Part shown: positions 24,051 through 36,400 of the stretch, piece by piece
Numbering within the stretch: the first letter of the stretch is position 1
How the letters are laid out: each line of letters begins with the position of its first letter
DNA from: Haplodiscus bocki
Taxonomy: Eukaryota
Direction: 5' to 3'
NCBI GenBank assembly: GCA_965655095.1
Contig: OZ296651.1
Coordinates: 60,884,001-60,948,000 of the forward strand
Length of the DNA: 64,000 nucleotides
Position numbers and translations under genes: made by a program
Notes under the pieces: model-generated
The model's database searches: none
The model's input: only the letters and a program-made list of their open reading frames with translations
Told to the model about the DNA's origin: nothing

Positions 24051-26569
24051 GGGAAGCAATTCGACCGTTATCTTCCGAAAAAAGACGGTTTACCGAATTG
24101 AGTTTTTAAAAAGTCCGTCCGTGGAATTAATAACTAGATAACATCCAGACGAAGTATCAAATGTATCGTTACAGTTTAAATGATTCAAAAGGAGAAACAA
24201 AGTAGCCACCTGAAAAGATTTTTCAGAAGTGGCGACGCCGCATAAACAAATTTCAACACTGGCGGGAGCGCATACGTCACCAATGAGAACGCATATTTTG
24301 CCGGTAATACTCTGCCTCACTCATTCGAGTGAAAAGAGCGGAAAAACTGCGTTCCACAACAATTGTGAGATTATTGAACTAATTTCACCGCGTAAAATGA
24401 GAGACCGAAAATATTGACAGTTGAGAGACCAAATGTTGGGATTCAAAGGTCATATCAATAGAAACAGAGACAAGGGGATTCTTGAACTTCAAACTGAATG
24501 GCAAATAGGAAAAAGTCCCTCCAATATTGTCAACCTCCTCAGTGAATGAGAGAAGGCGCGATTATCATAATCAGATCGATAGCTTCCGATAAGGGCATTT
24601 TTGATGAAAATCGCTAAATTAATTGTAATCACATTTTCCTATTAAACATTATCATAAGAAAAAAGTGATCAAATAGCTGTCTCTGCAACTTCGCGGATCT
24701 CCAGGCAAGGAAGACTCATTCACGTGTTTGCTTGATGGTTATTCAACGAGAGTCTCAGAAAAAAATCGTTCAAAGACTCCCAATCAAAGTAGAGTGTTTT
24801 CTGTCAGAAAAAAAAATAGGAATGAAACATCCCCGATACCTTCCGAGCGTCTACTCAGTCTTCATGAAATAGCACTTCAGGGACGCAGTCTAATCAATAG
24901 GTTCCGAGGAAAACAAGAGCAGCGCCATTAAAACTGTCGCAGATTTTACAAATTCAAGGAACGAATTTCGAGAAAACGAGTATGGGAATCAGTGCCACAC
25001 AAAACCAATCTAACCGACAGATTTTTAGGAAAACACGTTTGAAAAACCACGCAAAAAACATCTTTGACATTTCGATTGAAAGTCAAGATTTTTCAAGGTG
25101 AAAGAACGAAATAGACTCCCTCTACTCCTAGACAAAAATTCTAGTAGAAATTGAGAAATTACTCGACTGACTCAATACAAAAACTAGGTATCGAGAAAAA
25201 CAAATTTAACAAAAGACGACGGTATAATCGTTATTGATTTTTCAATTGAAACTAGAGTTAATGGAAATCAAAGTTAGGAAATAAGACGCCTCAGCTCGTT
25301 AGCAGAAATTTAAGGTACCGGGCAGCTGATTGCGCCCTGGATGGACGCAATCTCGCCACTGGCCATCAAGAAAAACAACTTCAACGAATAACGCTAGTGA
25401 AAAAATCAATGAAGTTCCGTTTCTATTTCGTAATGCTCCTCACATAAATATAGAAAAACATCCTATCTGCTCGGCAAAACTCCTAGGTGCGAGTATTGCG
25501 GTGCTACAGACAAAGATTGACCAGAAAGTTCAAAAGATCTGGTCATAGCTCGACCGTCAAATGCTCTCGCCAGAAAAACTTATCAAGGATAGTTCTGATC
25601 GCAACCAAAACGCATTCGGTAACAGCAGGGAGTTCCTTATTAATCCATGAAAAAATCTGGGTCGCTTTAGGCCTCAACTTTTGGGACACTCAACTAAAAT
25701 TTCCCATCAGAAAGTTCAAATTACAACAAATGCCCGAACTTCAAGTTTTCATCGCGAGAACACCTATGACCGCAATCGAAACAAAAAAGATCGGCGATTA
25801 TGATCTCTTATTATGACGGTGCAAAGTATGGGTCGTTCTCGGATTTAGCGTCCACTACATTAGACTTGAAAATAACAAAACGAAATCGCAGAAAAAACCT
25901 ATCGAAAAACATGGACACCGAAACGAAATTTTACCATGTAATAGACTTGGTTATTTTAGGACAGCACAGAACTGAAGTAATTTGACGACCCAGGTGCCAA
26001 GATATAAATTTACAACTCATGAAAAAATCACAAAAAACCCAGAAACAACCGGAACTTTAACGTTTCTTTCCAAAACAGCTGATCGAAAAACTGTCGGATC
26101 GCAGCCAAAAACCATTATTGGATAGATCAGAGTCTGATCGTTATGTATGTTTAGAATTCAGAAGATTTAGAGCCCTACAATAGGCGACTTCTAATTGGAC
26201 GAAAATGGTCAAAAAAGGCTCGACTTTCAATTTTCTGTGGCAAAAAACCGACCAAAAAAGTGTCGGACCGCAGCCAAAATTTAGAAGGTGATATAAAAGA
26301 TTCCTCTCGTAACGTTTATGCAAAGCTCAGAGAAATCCGTAAAAAGATTGAGCTTGAGATACATTGAGATTGAGCTATGAACACAAAATTTTGAGTTGAA
26401 ATTGGAACGGGAAAAAAGTACTTCTGAAATTTTCAGTGTTCGCGTCGAAAGAGGCATTCCTCTGCCTCCGCTGCGCTCGGTTTCAAAAACGCAACAATAG
26501 CTTTTCGTCCACCTGGAAAAAACGTACTTAACAACACACTCTGACTTGGCAGTTGAAATCAGAAAAAAA

Positions 26570-28780
26570 TCGATACATTAAAGGCGCTGTGAGACAATTC
26601 AACTTTGACAGGATATATGATTGACACTTTTGGTACCATTACACCATCTGTCTATCACAAGTTCGTTCCCAAATGTCCGCATGAGACCAATACCTGTCGC
26701 AGTGTCGATGAGTCACAAATTTCATCTGTCAATTACATTTCTGAACAATCGCCATTCCGCAGCCCAATGTTTGTTCGGAAGATTTACACAGTGAACAACG
26801 CAAAACTGAACAAACTTTGGTGCCTAAAAACGTGAACTGTAAAAATGTTATGGCCCTCAAAATGACTAATTTTAGCCAAAAAGAGGACGAAACCATTTCA
26901 ATAAATTCATAACTCACTTTTCAATCATAATTGAAACAATGAAAAACGTTGTACAATTTCGGTCAAATAATTTTTATAAAGTTCATAATCCTAATTGAAT
27001 TTTTTACAATCTGAGATTCAAGTCAAGATTTGATGATTAACAGACGGTATGTTTGAAGAAGGTAGGATGTCTTGCTTGCTAACAATAACAACCTTGAATA
27101 AGTAACGTTTACTGAGTACACCTAATACACTTTCCATACTGTCTCATATTCGAAATATTAGGTTAGGCATCATTTAAAACGCTGCAGCTCAATTTTCAGA
27201 CGAACTTCCAAAAAAATCACTTTTGAGAACGCGGAAGTAAGCAATTACTTGCCGAAGATATTTCTTAAAAGATCCTTCTCGACCGTTTAAACTAGATGAC
27301 TAGACACTCTGATGACGCCACAAGATGCAACTTTTGGACGGCAAAGAAAATTATGCATACACTGGTTTTCCATACAAAGTTTTCCGTTCAGTTGCAATGT
27401 GTGAAAATCAAGTGCTTTCATACTAAATCGATTCTGGACTACTTCTCTATATACACAAGAAAAATACGAGTACATACCACCCAACACACACAGCCACTTA
27501 TCATTTTCCATAGAAATTCAAAAAGCTTTGAAAATTACGCATTGAATGCGCATTTTAGCCGAGCTGAGCCATCAAAAATTCGGAAGGACTATTGCTTATT
27601 TCCTTTCACGTGACACCCCTTGGCGTTTTTTTTCCTTGGAACTAAAAATCTCGGCACCTATTGGCCGGACTTTTCTGATTTTTTTTTAAAAAAAAAACAG
27701 AAATACAGATTGATGGTCTATCGTATCCCAATGTTTCGGTTACCGATTTCTTTCCGTCAGCATTTGCCGAAAAAGAGCGGAAAACTATTCAATTTTTCTA
27801 AACTTCTCACATCATTTGTCTCGCTGCTATCACCTGGTGTTGCTGTCAATCATACCCACAAATATTAAAGCTGTTTAACAATCACTAGTTTGATTCAGTA
27901 AACAAATTCGAACTATTTGACCATTAAAGGCGCATTGTTCGCAAAAAAACTCCATTTTTTCACCTTTGAGCTAAAAAGGTTAATTTGCCAACTCCATGGC
28001 TTCCCAGACACATTATACGAGTCTGTTCACTTGAGGGGGTCAAATTGCGATCCCTACAGTGCTTTGCAGTTCCATTTTGCGTTTTTGGATTGTTTAATTC
28101 TGTGAACTTTCGGGTATGTATTACAAAGAAATGAGCAATAGGCGCGCTCCAAGGACGTAAAAGTTTCCCATCTGGTTCTGTAAGGGTAAACCATAAAGTT
28201 AATTGAGTGAATCCTGCCGTTCAATCAAATTTCGGCGAGCTATCAACAGAAAAAATTCGTCGGATTCAAGAAAAGCCTGCGTTTTTCGACAGTTTTCCGT
28301 ACATTATGGTCACTAAGTAGGATATGTTGCGTGTAATTTTTGTTCAAAGTCAGCAAGAAAGCAGTGGTACGTAGACTGAGCTACCAATAGATTTTTCACG
28401 AATTTTTCTCTATGAAAATCATCAGAAAAGCTATAAGAGATCATCTTTTTTCAAATTTTCTTGTCGTGACATTTGAGGTGCTTTCGAGCAGTGATCTCAG
28501 GGTTCTATATTCCTGCGGTCAATTTGGGATGGACAAGAAGTCACGTTTAAAACCCGAATAACGGTTTGTTGTTGTTGTTGTGGAGGACTTGATCGAATAG
28601 CGAATTTATTGTGAAAAATCTGTGACTTGCATGTTTTCCACGTGTTTTTTGCAGACAGTTGCTTCATACCGCAGCGCCATCTCTTGGTTGCTTGAGGCAA
28701 TCTTTTTAGTGGCAATACTCTTTGTTTTACTGATTGCTGGTTTCAGCGAGTCTTGCGCTAATGACCTGAAATTTTGCACT
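26570..28780 (+). repeat. Dispersed repeat block A' (second copy of 12960-14560, with extra sequence at about 26930-27110 and 28130-28610)
   Basis: Same colinear anchors as block A. Confidence 0.85.
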
Positions 28781-29499
28781 TTTCAGAACACGAAAATGAA
28801 CAAGTAACTTCAAGATGTTTCGAAAGGCGTCCTTTTTGACCTAAACTATATGATTGGACTCTCTGATGATGTCACAAAGAGCAAGTTTTTGATAGGATGA
28901 AAAACTATGCACAAGATGGTTCCCAACACATCATTCTTTCAGTAAGAATGTCCAAGAAAAACATATACCGAATTTAAATTTGGTACCGATTATTTTCCTT
29001 CGTAAGTAGGGGGCAAATTTGGGTGCCATACGATCAGAAATCCTTGAGAAAAATGCAAAATTAGCATTTTTCACCTACTTTGGAGCAACGAAGCAACCAC
29101 CAAGCATTTTTTGCAAAATTTTTATGCCAAGTACATTTTATGCCAGGTTCTGAAACAGTGAAGTTAATTTTAGAAGCAACAGGTGAAAATAAAGCAAACG
29201 TTAAAATAAGCTAGTTTCGCCTTCAAGTACCAAAAAAACCCATTTCACTGCTGAGATTTAAGCACTCCCCAAAATATTTTAAACGAATTATGTTTTTATT
29301 TAGTTGAAAAAAAATGCGGCAGAAAAATTGATTTCAAGTGCAAAAGAAACAATTTTACCTTTTTGAAAACAAATTAGAACGTTCTGGTGGGAAACTTGTT
29401 TTTTAATCCTCTTCTGTAGTTTAGTAGCTGATTAATTGTTTTCAGTGTAGCGTGACACTCCACTAGAATAAAAATTGTGTTCTGCAGAAATCGAATCGG

Positions 29500-29880
29500 A
29501 ACACAAAAATATAGCCGGAAGGCGCATAGGACTTCGAAAACTTTTGCAATGACCATTAGGCTCCCACCTTAACCCTTATTTTCTTTTCAAACAAACTGGG
29601 ATAACTGAAATCAAAATTTCCCGGGATTTACACTTCATAAGTATAATGACCCGGGACAAAATAAATTTTCATTTTCTTCATTTGCGCGTTCTCGCCGCTT
29701 CTATGACGGTCCATATGGTCCCTTCTGCACTCCCACATAAGGTTGCTGCGATTTGAAAAAAAATCTCAAAATTCTGAAATGCCGCACGAAATTCCCGATT
29801 TCGTGTCGAAGAATGTTGTACGAAAAAGCGTCAAAAAAATAACCGAGTAACACAAAATTAAAATTTTCCAACATCCTAAA
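29500..29880 (+). repeat. Dispersed repeat block B'
   Basis: Homologous to 19000-19360. Even the spurious minus-strand ORFs start alike (MVNAKVFAVL / MVIAKVFEVL). Confidence 0.85.
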
Positions 29881-30184
29881 AATGACGAAAATTCCTTTAA
29901 GATTTATTTTAAGAATTCGAGATTATGATGGTACGTTTGACAGAATCTTGTTCCCGGAAAATCTCTATGAACTTTCTCGTATCTGCAAAACAGCCCTGAT
30001 AAGGATTCGCGTTTGATCTATGCCGCCAATTTAAAAAATGCGACTCAAAAACCAAGCTTTTGCGACCGGTTATCTAAGATACAATATTTTAGCCAAGGTG
30101 ATAATGAAGTTGAAAATTTCAAGTCCTGGTGATCTCAGCGCTGCCCAGATATGCCTTAGGGTTTGCACGTCTTCCTCATATCAA

Positions 30185-30990
30185 CGACAATTCGGACCAA
30201 AAACCAGATTCGGACCAAAGACAAATTCGGCCCAAATTATTTCGCTAATTAGCCTAATTTATTTTTTGAAAGTATACCAATTTTGCTACCTTTTCTGATA
30301 CAAATTAACCAGGCGCCATTAACTTTGTTCTCTTGGGGCAATAGATGTCCCAGTGAATATCACAGAAGCTAGAACTCCAGAATTACTCTTGAACCATCAA
30401 ATTGAAAACGGCCAAAGTGGGCCCTGCACGTAAGTTTCAAATCATTCATGGGGGATTTTTGTATGTAAGTTTTTCTGATAAAGTTCGAATTTGCAAAGGG
30501 GGTATGACGATGGTGGGGATTAGTATTTTCCGCCTCAAATTCTTTTGTAACTCGCCACATACTTTTGTAACTTAAACTTGCCAACTGCACGATTCTCGCA
30601 AATTGGGACTTTCTATGTGGCAAGAAGTTGAAAAATTCTACAAAATTCAATTTTCTAAAACACACTTTTTACAAAGTTAGAACGAGGAAAATATCTCCGT
30701 AGTAGTTAGGCGACTTGCTTTTCTAGTCTCTAATGCATTTTGACAAAATTGGAAAACAGAAAATATTGGGGTAGATGCCAAAATTTTGAAAGTGAGAAGA
30801 TCAAATCGACTGTGTAATGTTTTGGGTCGTATTCTTTCACACGTTTAATTGGCCTAATTACTACGATGATCTACAATTGTTGAAGATTTTATAAACGCTG
30901 CTTATTACTAATTAGAGGTAATTAAAATGTTGGGCCCAATTTGTCTTCGGTCCGAATCTGCCTCTGGTCCGGATTTGGTCCAAATTGTCG
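30185..30990. mobile_element. MITE / foldback-type non-autonomous DNA transposon (about 805 bp)
   Basis: The left end cgacaattcggacca...cagattcggaccaaagacaaattcggcccaa is the imperfect reverse complement of the right end ttgggcccaatttgtcttcggtccgaatctg...tggtccaaattgtcg. The inverted termini are built from repeated ATTCGGACCA motifs. No coding capacity and no clear TSD. Confidence 0.75.
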
Positions 30991-31829
30991 CATCAAATAA
31001 TATCACACACTCCAAAAACTGACTCATGAACCAGGAATTTCGAAATCGGCCGGAATAATTCCAAGAATCCAATTCTCAACTAAGAAGCTGAAACAGTTTT
31101 GAACAAATGTCATTTCAGCATGATTCCAGCGATTTTGGGGGGCTTTTAACAACTTCCCGTTTGCCACTATACACATCGCTGCAAACTAAAGAAAAAAAAT
31201 TGAAAACCGTTGCAGTCATAAAAATCGATCTTATGCGAATTAGCTAATACTGGATAATTTTTCAACTGATCACAAAGAAGCTGAATAAGCCACAAAAGCC
31301 GAAAATGGAAGTGTCAAAACTCCGTACCAAATGCTGACCCGATCATGAATTACGTCATCAGAAACTAAACTCTGGAAGACATTTGATACCACGATCGTGA
31401 TTCACCTTTTAATGATAACGAAACCAGCTGCCTATCAAGCCTTTGTTGAAAAGGGTCTGTTTGAAGCAATTATTTCCCTCGACGTCTCGTCCTCAACAAA
31501 GAAATGGCACACTTTTTTTGAACATCCGGATTGTTTTGAACTTTCAGAGTAATTGATTTTTCAATCGATTATTCTACATCTGTTGCAGCTGGGCCAATTT
31601 CAATTGATATTGGACAACTATACGAGTTTTGGATGCCACCAGTATCTGCTGTCAACCAACAATCCCTTATTCGCAATACTTTGGACCAATCATGCAAAGC
31701 AGCATCAATTTAGAAGCCAAGAGTGATTTGTAAAATATCGACCACACAATGTTGTTCATACAATATGGAGAACAAAACTCAGATTGGTTCAAAGAAGACA
31801 ACTGAATCAATTAAATCAGCAGAAACTAA

Positions 31830-32450
31830 ACAAAATTAATGTCATCCTCGCCACTCGGAGTTTAAAGGTACAGTTGTCCTGTACTGACTTGCCTAGTTTT
31901 ACGCCATTAGCTCAAACACCCGTCCTGTGAATTCAGTACAATAAGTTGGACAGACATATAGGCAAATGACGATCGATTTAAAGAAAAGTAATTGCTTTCG
32001 CAACTGTTGCTCGTTAATTGAAATTCCCGCAGAAAAATCAACTCGTCGTGCACAAATGAGGATATACTTGATGCTGCTGCAAGTTGGAAACTGTCTTCCT
32101 TGAAGCATTCCAGATTTAGAAACGACGACCATCTGTCAACAGGCTGGAGGAACTGAGGCAAAGGTTCACAAACTGACCTTATCCAACACTTGGCTCGTGG
32201 TGCAGGCTGTGAGTAGTGGAAACGGCGCTGGCTGAACCCAAAACAACCAATAGCGTTCAAGACAAACATTTTCATCGAACCATGCGAATAGACTTCTTCG
32301 AACTCTCCAACCAGAATTTTTCTTAATAACGGAACGAAACAGAATGCACCTACAGCTTTGCAGATGCACTGGCTAGCAAACAGAAATGCTGGGAAATGCT
32401 GGATGGACGCGAAAGGCTGGATGGACGCAATAGGACGATTACTTTCCAAA
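31830..32450 (+). pseudogene. Possible decayed BTB/BACK-domain gene
   Basis: Ordered relics across frames: NVILATRSLKV; NEDILDAAASWKLSSLK (BTB C-terminal helix pattern); KLTLSNTWLVVQA; DFFELSNQNF (BACK-like). Many stops. Confidence 0.35.
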
Positions 32451-32874
32451 CCCAACGCTTGCCTCAACGGACTACTAGTGAACGAATCGAACAATTATAA
32501 CTGATTCTTGAAGTGGTCAGGGTACTACGAATACTAACAATTAAACGAGCGTACAGAAACTTAATTAATAAGTTAACTCTGATAAACTTTTACAAAAATG
32601 TAACAAGAACGAACTGGATAGCATTTGAAATGAAACTGCGGAAAACGCTGTTTTTAGAGCATTCAAGTGCGGCGTGAAAGTTCCAAGGTTCAATTCCCAG
32701 GACACGCCGCTTTCTAGTCAAAATATCGGAAACTTTGTTAGTTGTGAATGGATCGGAAAAAAGTACCCAGCAGACTGTGATAGTTTGCGAAAATCTAAAA
32801 AATATGTAATGAACTTCACTAGGACGTTATTGCGGCCTTCACTTAAAATACAATACATCAGATCTATGACATGG

Positions 32875-33365
32875 TGAAAGTACCTGTCACAGGGTCTCTA
32901 ACTCGAAAAGCCGAAATGTCAATCATGTCTTTTCAGATTACACCATATTGTTGCCCAATGTTCAGGAATTTTGAAAAAACAACACGAAAATGAACGAGTA
33001 ACTGTCACTATATCTCACTCAAAACTTTGATATGTCAATCACGTCTTTCCAGGTTACACCATTTATCTGCCCAACGTTTTAAGAGACTAGCAAAAACAAC
33101 ACCGTGAAAAGGAAAAAGTAACTGCTAAAAAGAAATCGTTGACACTAGATGACTACAGTCTGTAATGACGTAAGAAAATGCAAGTTTTGAACAGCATAAA
33201 AGTGGGCATAAGTCGGTTGCAATAGATAATCCTCTTTTCAGTCAGAATGTGTAAAAACGCGAACTGTCAATCATGCTTTTTCGAGTCGTCCCTTTTTACA
33301 CCCTAATGTCGAAGAGACGCGCACATTTTAGAACGCAAAAATAACAAGTGCCTGCCAAATGTCTC
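32875..33365 (+). repeat. Dispersed repeat block C' with ~120-bp modules
   Basis: Homologous to 20135-20615. Confidence 0.8.
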
Positions 33366-34565
33366 AAAAAAGTTTTTGAACGTTTATACGTCAGAGAATG
33401 CAGATTTAAACGAAAAAAACTTTCGTTACCCGTTCCAATACAAATTCTTGAAATTTCATTTCACCATGTGTAAAAAAGTTAACTTTAAACGGCCACATCT
33501 CAAGAACGAAAAACATTTAGACGTTCATATCGAAGCACAATAAATTCCAGCAAAAAAAAAAACAACACTGTTATTTAAAACCTTGCAATTAAGAAGAATG
33601 AAAGTATAAATAGAGGATACTAAATAAATTGGATACTATAGTTGGTAATAAAAATTGGACCATTAAAATAAGTAGTTCGCATGTTTTGATTGCGCTAACA
33701 ACGCAGCGTATATTTTTGGAGAACACGCAGCGTTTCAATAGTGGTAATATCGTGCAGTTTTTTGGCTCACACGTTAATTAATAGAAGTGGCCCGGTTGAG
33801 TTTTCGAGGCCTTTTCAGCCTTAGTCGATCTCGTGTATCAAACGGACGAAACTGAAAAAGTCAACTATAACTCAGAGACTGGCCACAGTAGATTTTAACT
33901 ACCGAACAAAACTATATGTCAGCGGAAGGCAAACACCGACCCCATACTTTTCAGAGGCTCATTAATTTGAAATCGAGTATTTATTTTAAGACTTCCAGAA
34001 AGAAATTAATCAATCATAAGAGATTCTATCAAATACCAAATTTCGATCCAGACGGGCCCCGTTTGATCCTTAGTTATTCGGTCCTGTATTCAAAAAAGGA
34101 AAACTTCCACCTGGTCCACCAAAAAGATTCTTCTGCATAGGACTGCATGATGTCTGAAAAGACCATTTAACATTTTTGTTTATACCAAGCATTGCTTTGG
34201 ATTCATTCAACGAAAATTATCAATTTAAACCTTTCTTGCCTCCATCAGCTTAATGATTCAAAAACAATATTTCGTCTACAACTCGCTTTAAAAAAGCTTT
34301 AATTGAATTAAAGTTGAAAAGTTCGGATATGTAGACAAGCATAAAAAAGGAAACCAAAACAAATTCGAACAGAAAATCGGCTCCAATACTGCAAACAATG
34401 CTTCGTGGGGAAAAACGCGTAAATATTTCACACTTGAAAACTTTAGACTTTTGATATAAAATCCACACTAATAAAAATAAAGATACAAGAAATCACAAAC
34501 CACCTAAAATTCATAATGTGGACAAAAAATTTCAACTCACCTTTATTTACTAAAAACACAAACGC

Positions 34566-34938
34566 TGTAGGTGTGCGTTTATTTGCTGATTTTATTTTAA
34601 ATGACAATCTAATTTTTCCCGACCCCTTCGAACAAATAAAGGAAGGAACACCACAGAAAACGTCCTCCTGTCAGCGACAATGCTAGAAAATATTTCCGGA
34701 AAGCGGTCGAAAAATGACGTAATAGAAATCTTGGCCATGCCTCAGGAGGAAAGGTTTCCTTTGTTGACAATTGGGAGCAGATATAAACAAAATAACAAAG
34801 GAGGTATAGCAACGTAGATACTGATAAGTATAGGTGACTTACATATATACATACAGTAGTGTTCGATTAACATCAGCAGCAGATTAGCGCATGTGGGCAA
34901 TTCTACAGGGCTTGGTTACATCATATAGAAATATAACA
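34566..34938 (-). mobile_element. Solo LTR (373 bp) of an LTR retrotransposon
   Basis: Begins TGT (34566) and ends ACA (34938). Flanked by AAACGC / AAACAC, a 6-bp target-site duplication with one CpG-type change. The minus strand carries AATAAA motifs close to its 3' end. No internal coding region follows. Confidence 0.7.
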
Positions 34939-36029
34939 AAACACATTCAGTCAATCAGTAGAGTATTAATGTATAAAACAGGGGAATAGGTTGGTCAATA
35001 GAAAGATTAGCACCTACCGTTTTTGGGAGCGGAACGAATTGGAAAAATTGGAATATCATCATTTGATGACGTCATTGAATTATATTAAATTTATAGAGTT
35101 GGTAATGAGCAAATAAAAATAAAGAGTGACCATTGTATCTGTTGTTGTTTTGATTCATTGTCATTTCTATAGGTTAATATTTTGAGTTAACTTTGAGGGA
35201 AAAATGACAAAAGAAAACTAGAAGAACTTTCGGCGGAAAGCAGAAAATTTATCACTAAAACTAAGACATTATTGCGCATAATATTAAACATTCGCAACAA
35301 ATTTTGTCGTTTTCATGCCCAAATTGGGGATGAAAACGCTCATATTCCTTTTGAAAGGCCACTTTAATCGATAGATACACCCGCTTTTTTTCCGAGAAAA
35401 TTTGTTCAAAAAAACAGCTAGCACATCCCAAAATTGACTTCATAAAAATACAATCATTATTCACACTTGAAGGGTTTTCTCGTTGGCAGGTGAAACAAGC
35501 AGGACTGTTACTGTGGCTTCATTGTTTTCTCTTTTTCAATCCATGTGAACTGACAGATTTGAACTGTCCGAACATGATTGGCCTGCACTCAAAACCACGC
35601 ACATTGATGGGTTTCTCGGAACGTATCGACATGCGCCGTCTCGGCTTGTTTCGAAGTTTTCAGCACTTTGAATTTTCGCTAGAATATTAACAAGAGCCGC
35701 AGCAGCTCTGCGATGGTCTCCGTCGACGGCGTGTCAGAAATGGCTCAAAAATGAAATTGTTAAAAACTTCAAGAAAACATTGGCACTCTAGGGTGCGAGA
35801 AGGCTCCCTATTAGCTCAGTAAGTACAATTTTATACGAAAAATGGTACTCTTAAAACTGATTTCCAGGTGCCCAGAGGGACAAATCGAGCGAGTTTTTTT
35901 TTGAAAAAATCCAAAAATTCAGAATTTTATTAGAGCCCAAAAAATGAATCCCACGCGTTCCCAAAAGACAACCAATTTGGGCGAAGAAAAACTTGAACAA
36001 AAACAAATTTATTTGGATGTTGAGTAAAA

Positions 36030-36400
36030 TTTTTCGGCCGGTGTTCTCAAAACTGATTTTGACGTTTCCAGAAACATTTTGAGCAACATTTTTTAAACGA
36101 GAAAACAACAATTTTGTAATTTTTTCGGAAAACAGCGGAAAAAATGGTTGGTGATCTCAACAACTGACTTCCAAATAAGTCAAGGTGAAGACTTGACTGG
36201 AATTCTTTCACGAAAAAAAAAACGATTTTTCTTAAGTTTGAGCAAAAAAAATTTGACAGCTGTTCTCAAAACTGACTTCCACATGTCCAGAGGAAAAACG
36301 TTTTACCGAAAACTTTTTTGAAACCTCAGGAAGTTTTTTGCACTCTGAGCAAAAAAGTCTCAAATGATTTCTAGGTGTCACAAAGGAACATTTCAGGGAA
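36030..36400 (+). repeat. Short degenerate ~110-bp satellite, about 3-4 copies, abutting the macrosatellite locus
   Basis: The anchor tgttctcaaaactga(c/t)tt occurs at about 36042, 36151 (decayed) and 36261. Confidence 0.6.

Noticed and set aside
32640-32710. tRNA gene suggested by GGTTCAATTCC
   Set aside because: It is an isolated B-box with no credible A-box or cloverleaf; at most a SINE remnant.
35400-35650. C2H2 zinc-finger relic on the minus strand (SEKP..., RKPFKCE)
   Set aside because: Only linker-like words survive and the Cys/His spacing cannot be reconstructed, so it is too weak to call.
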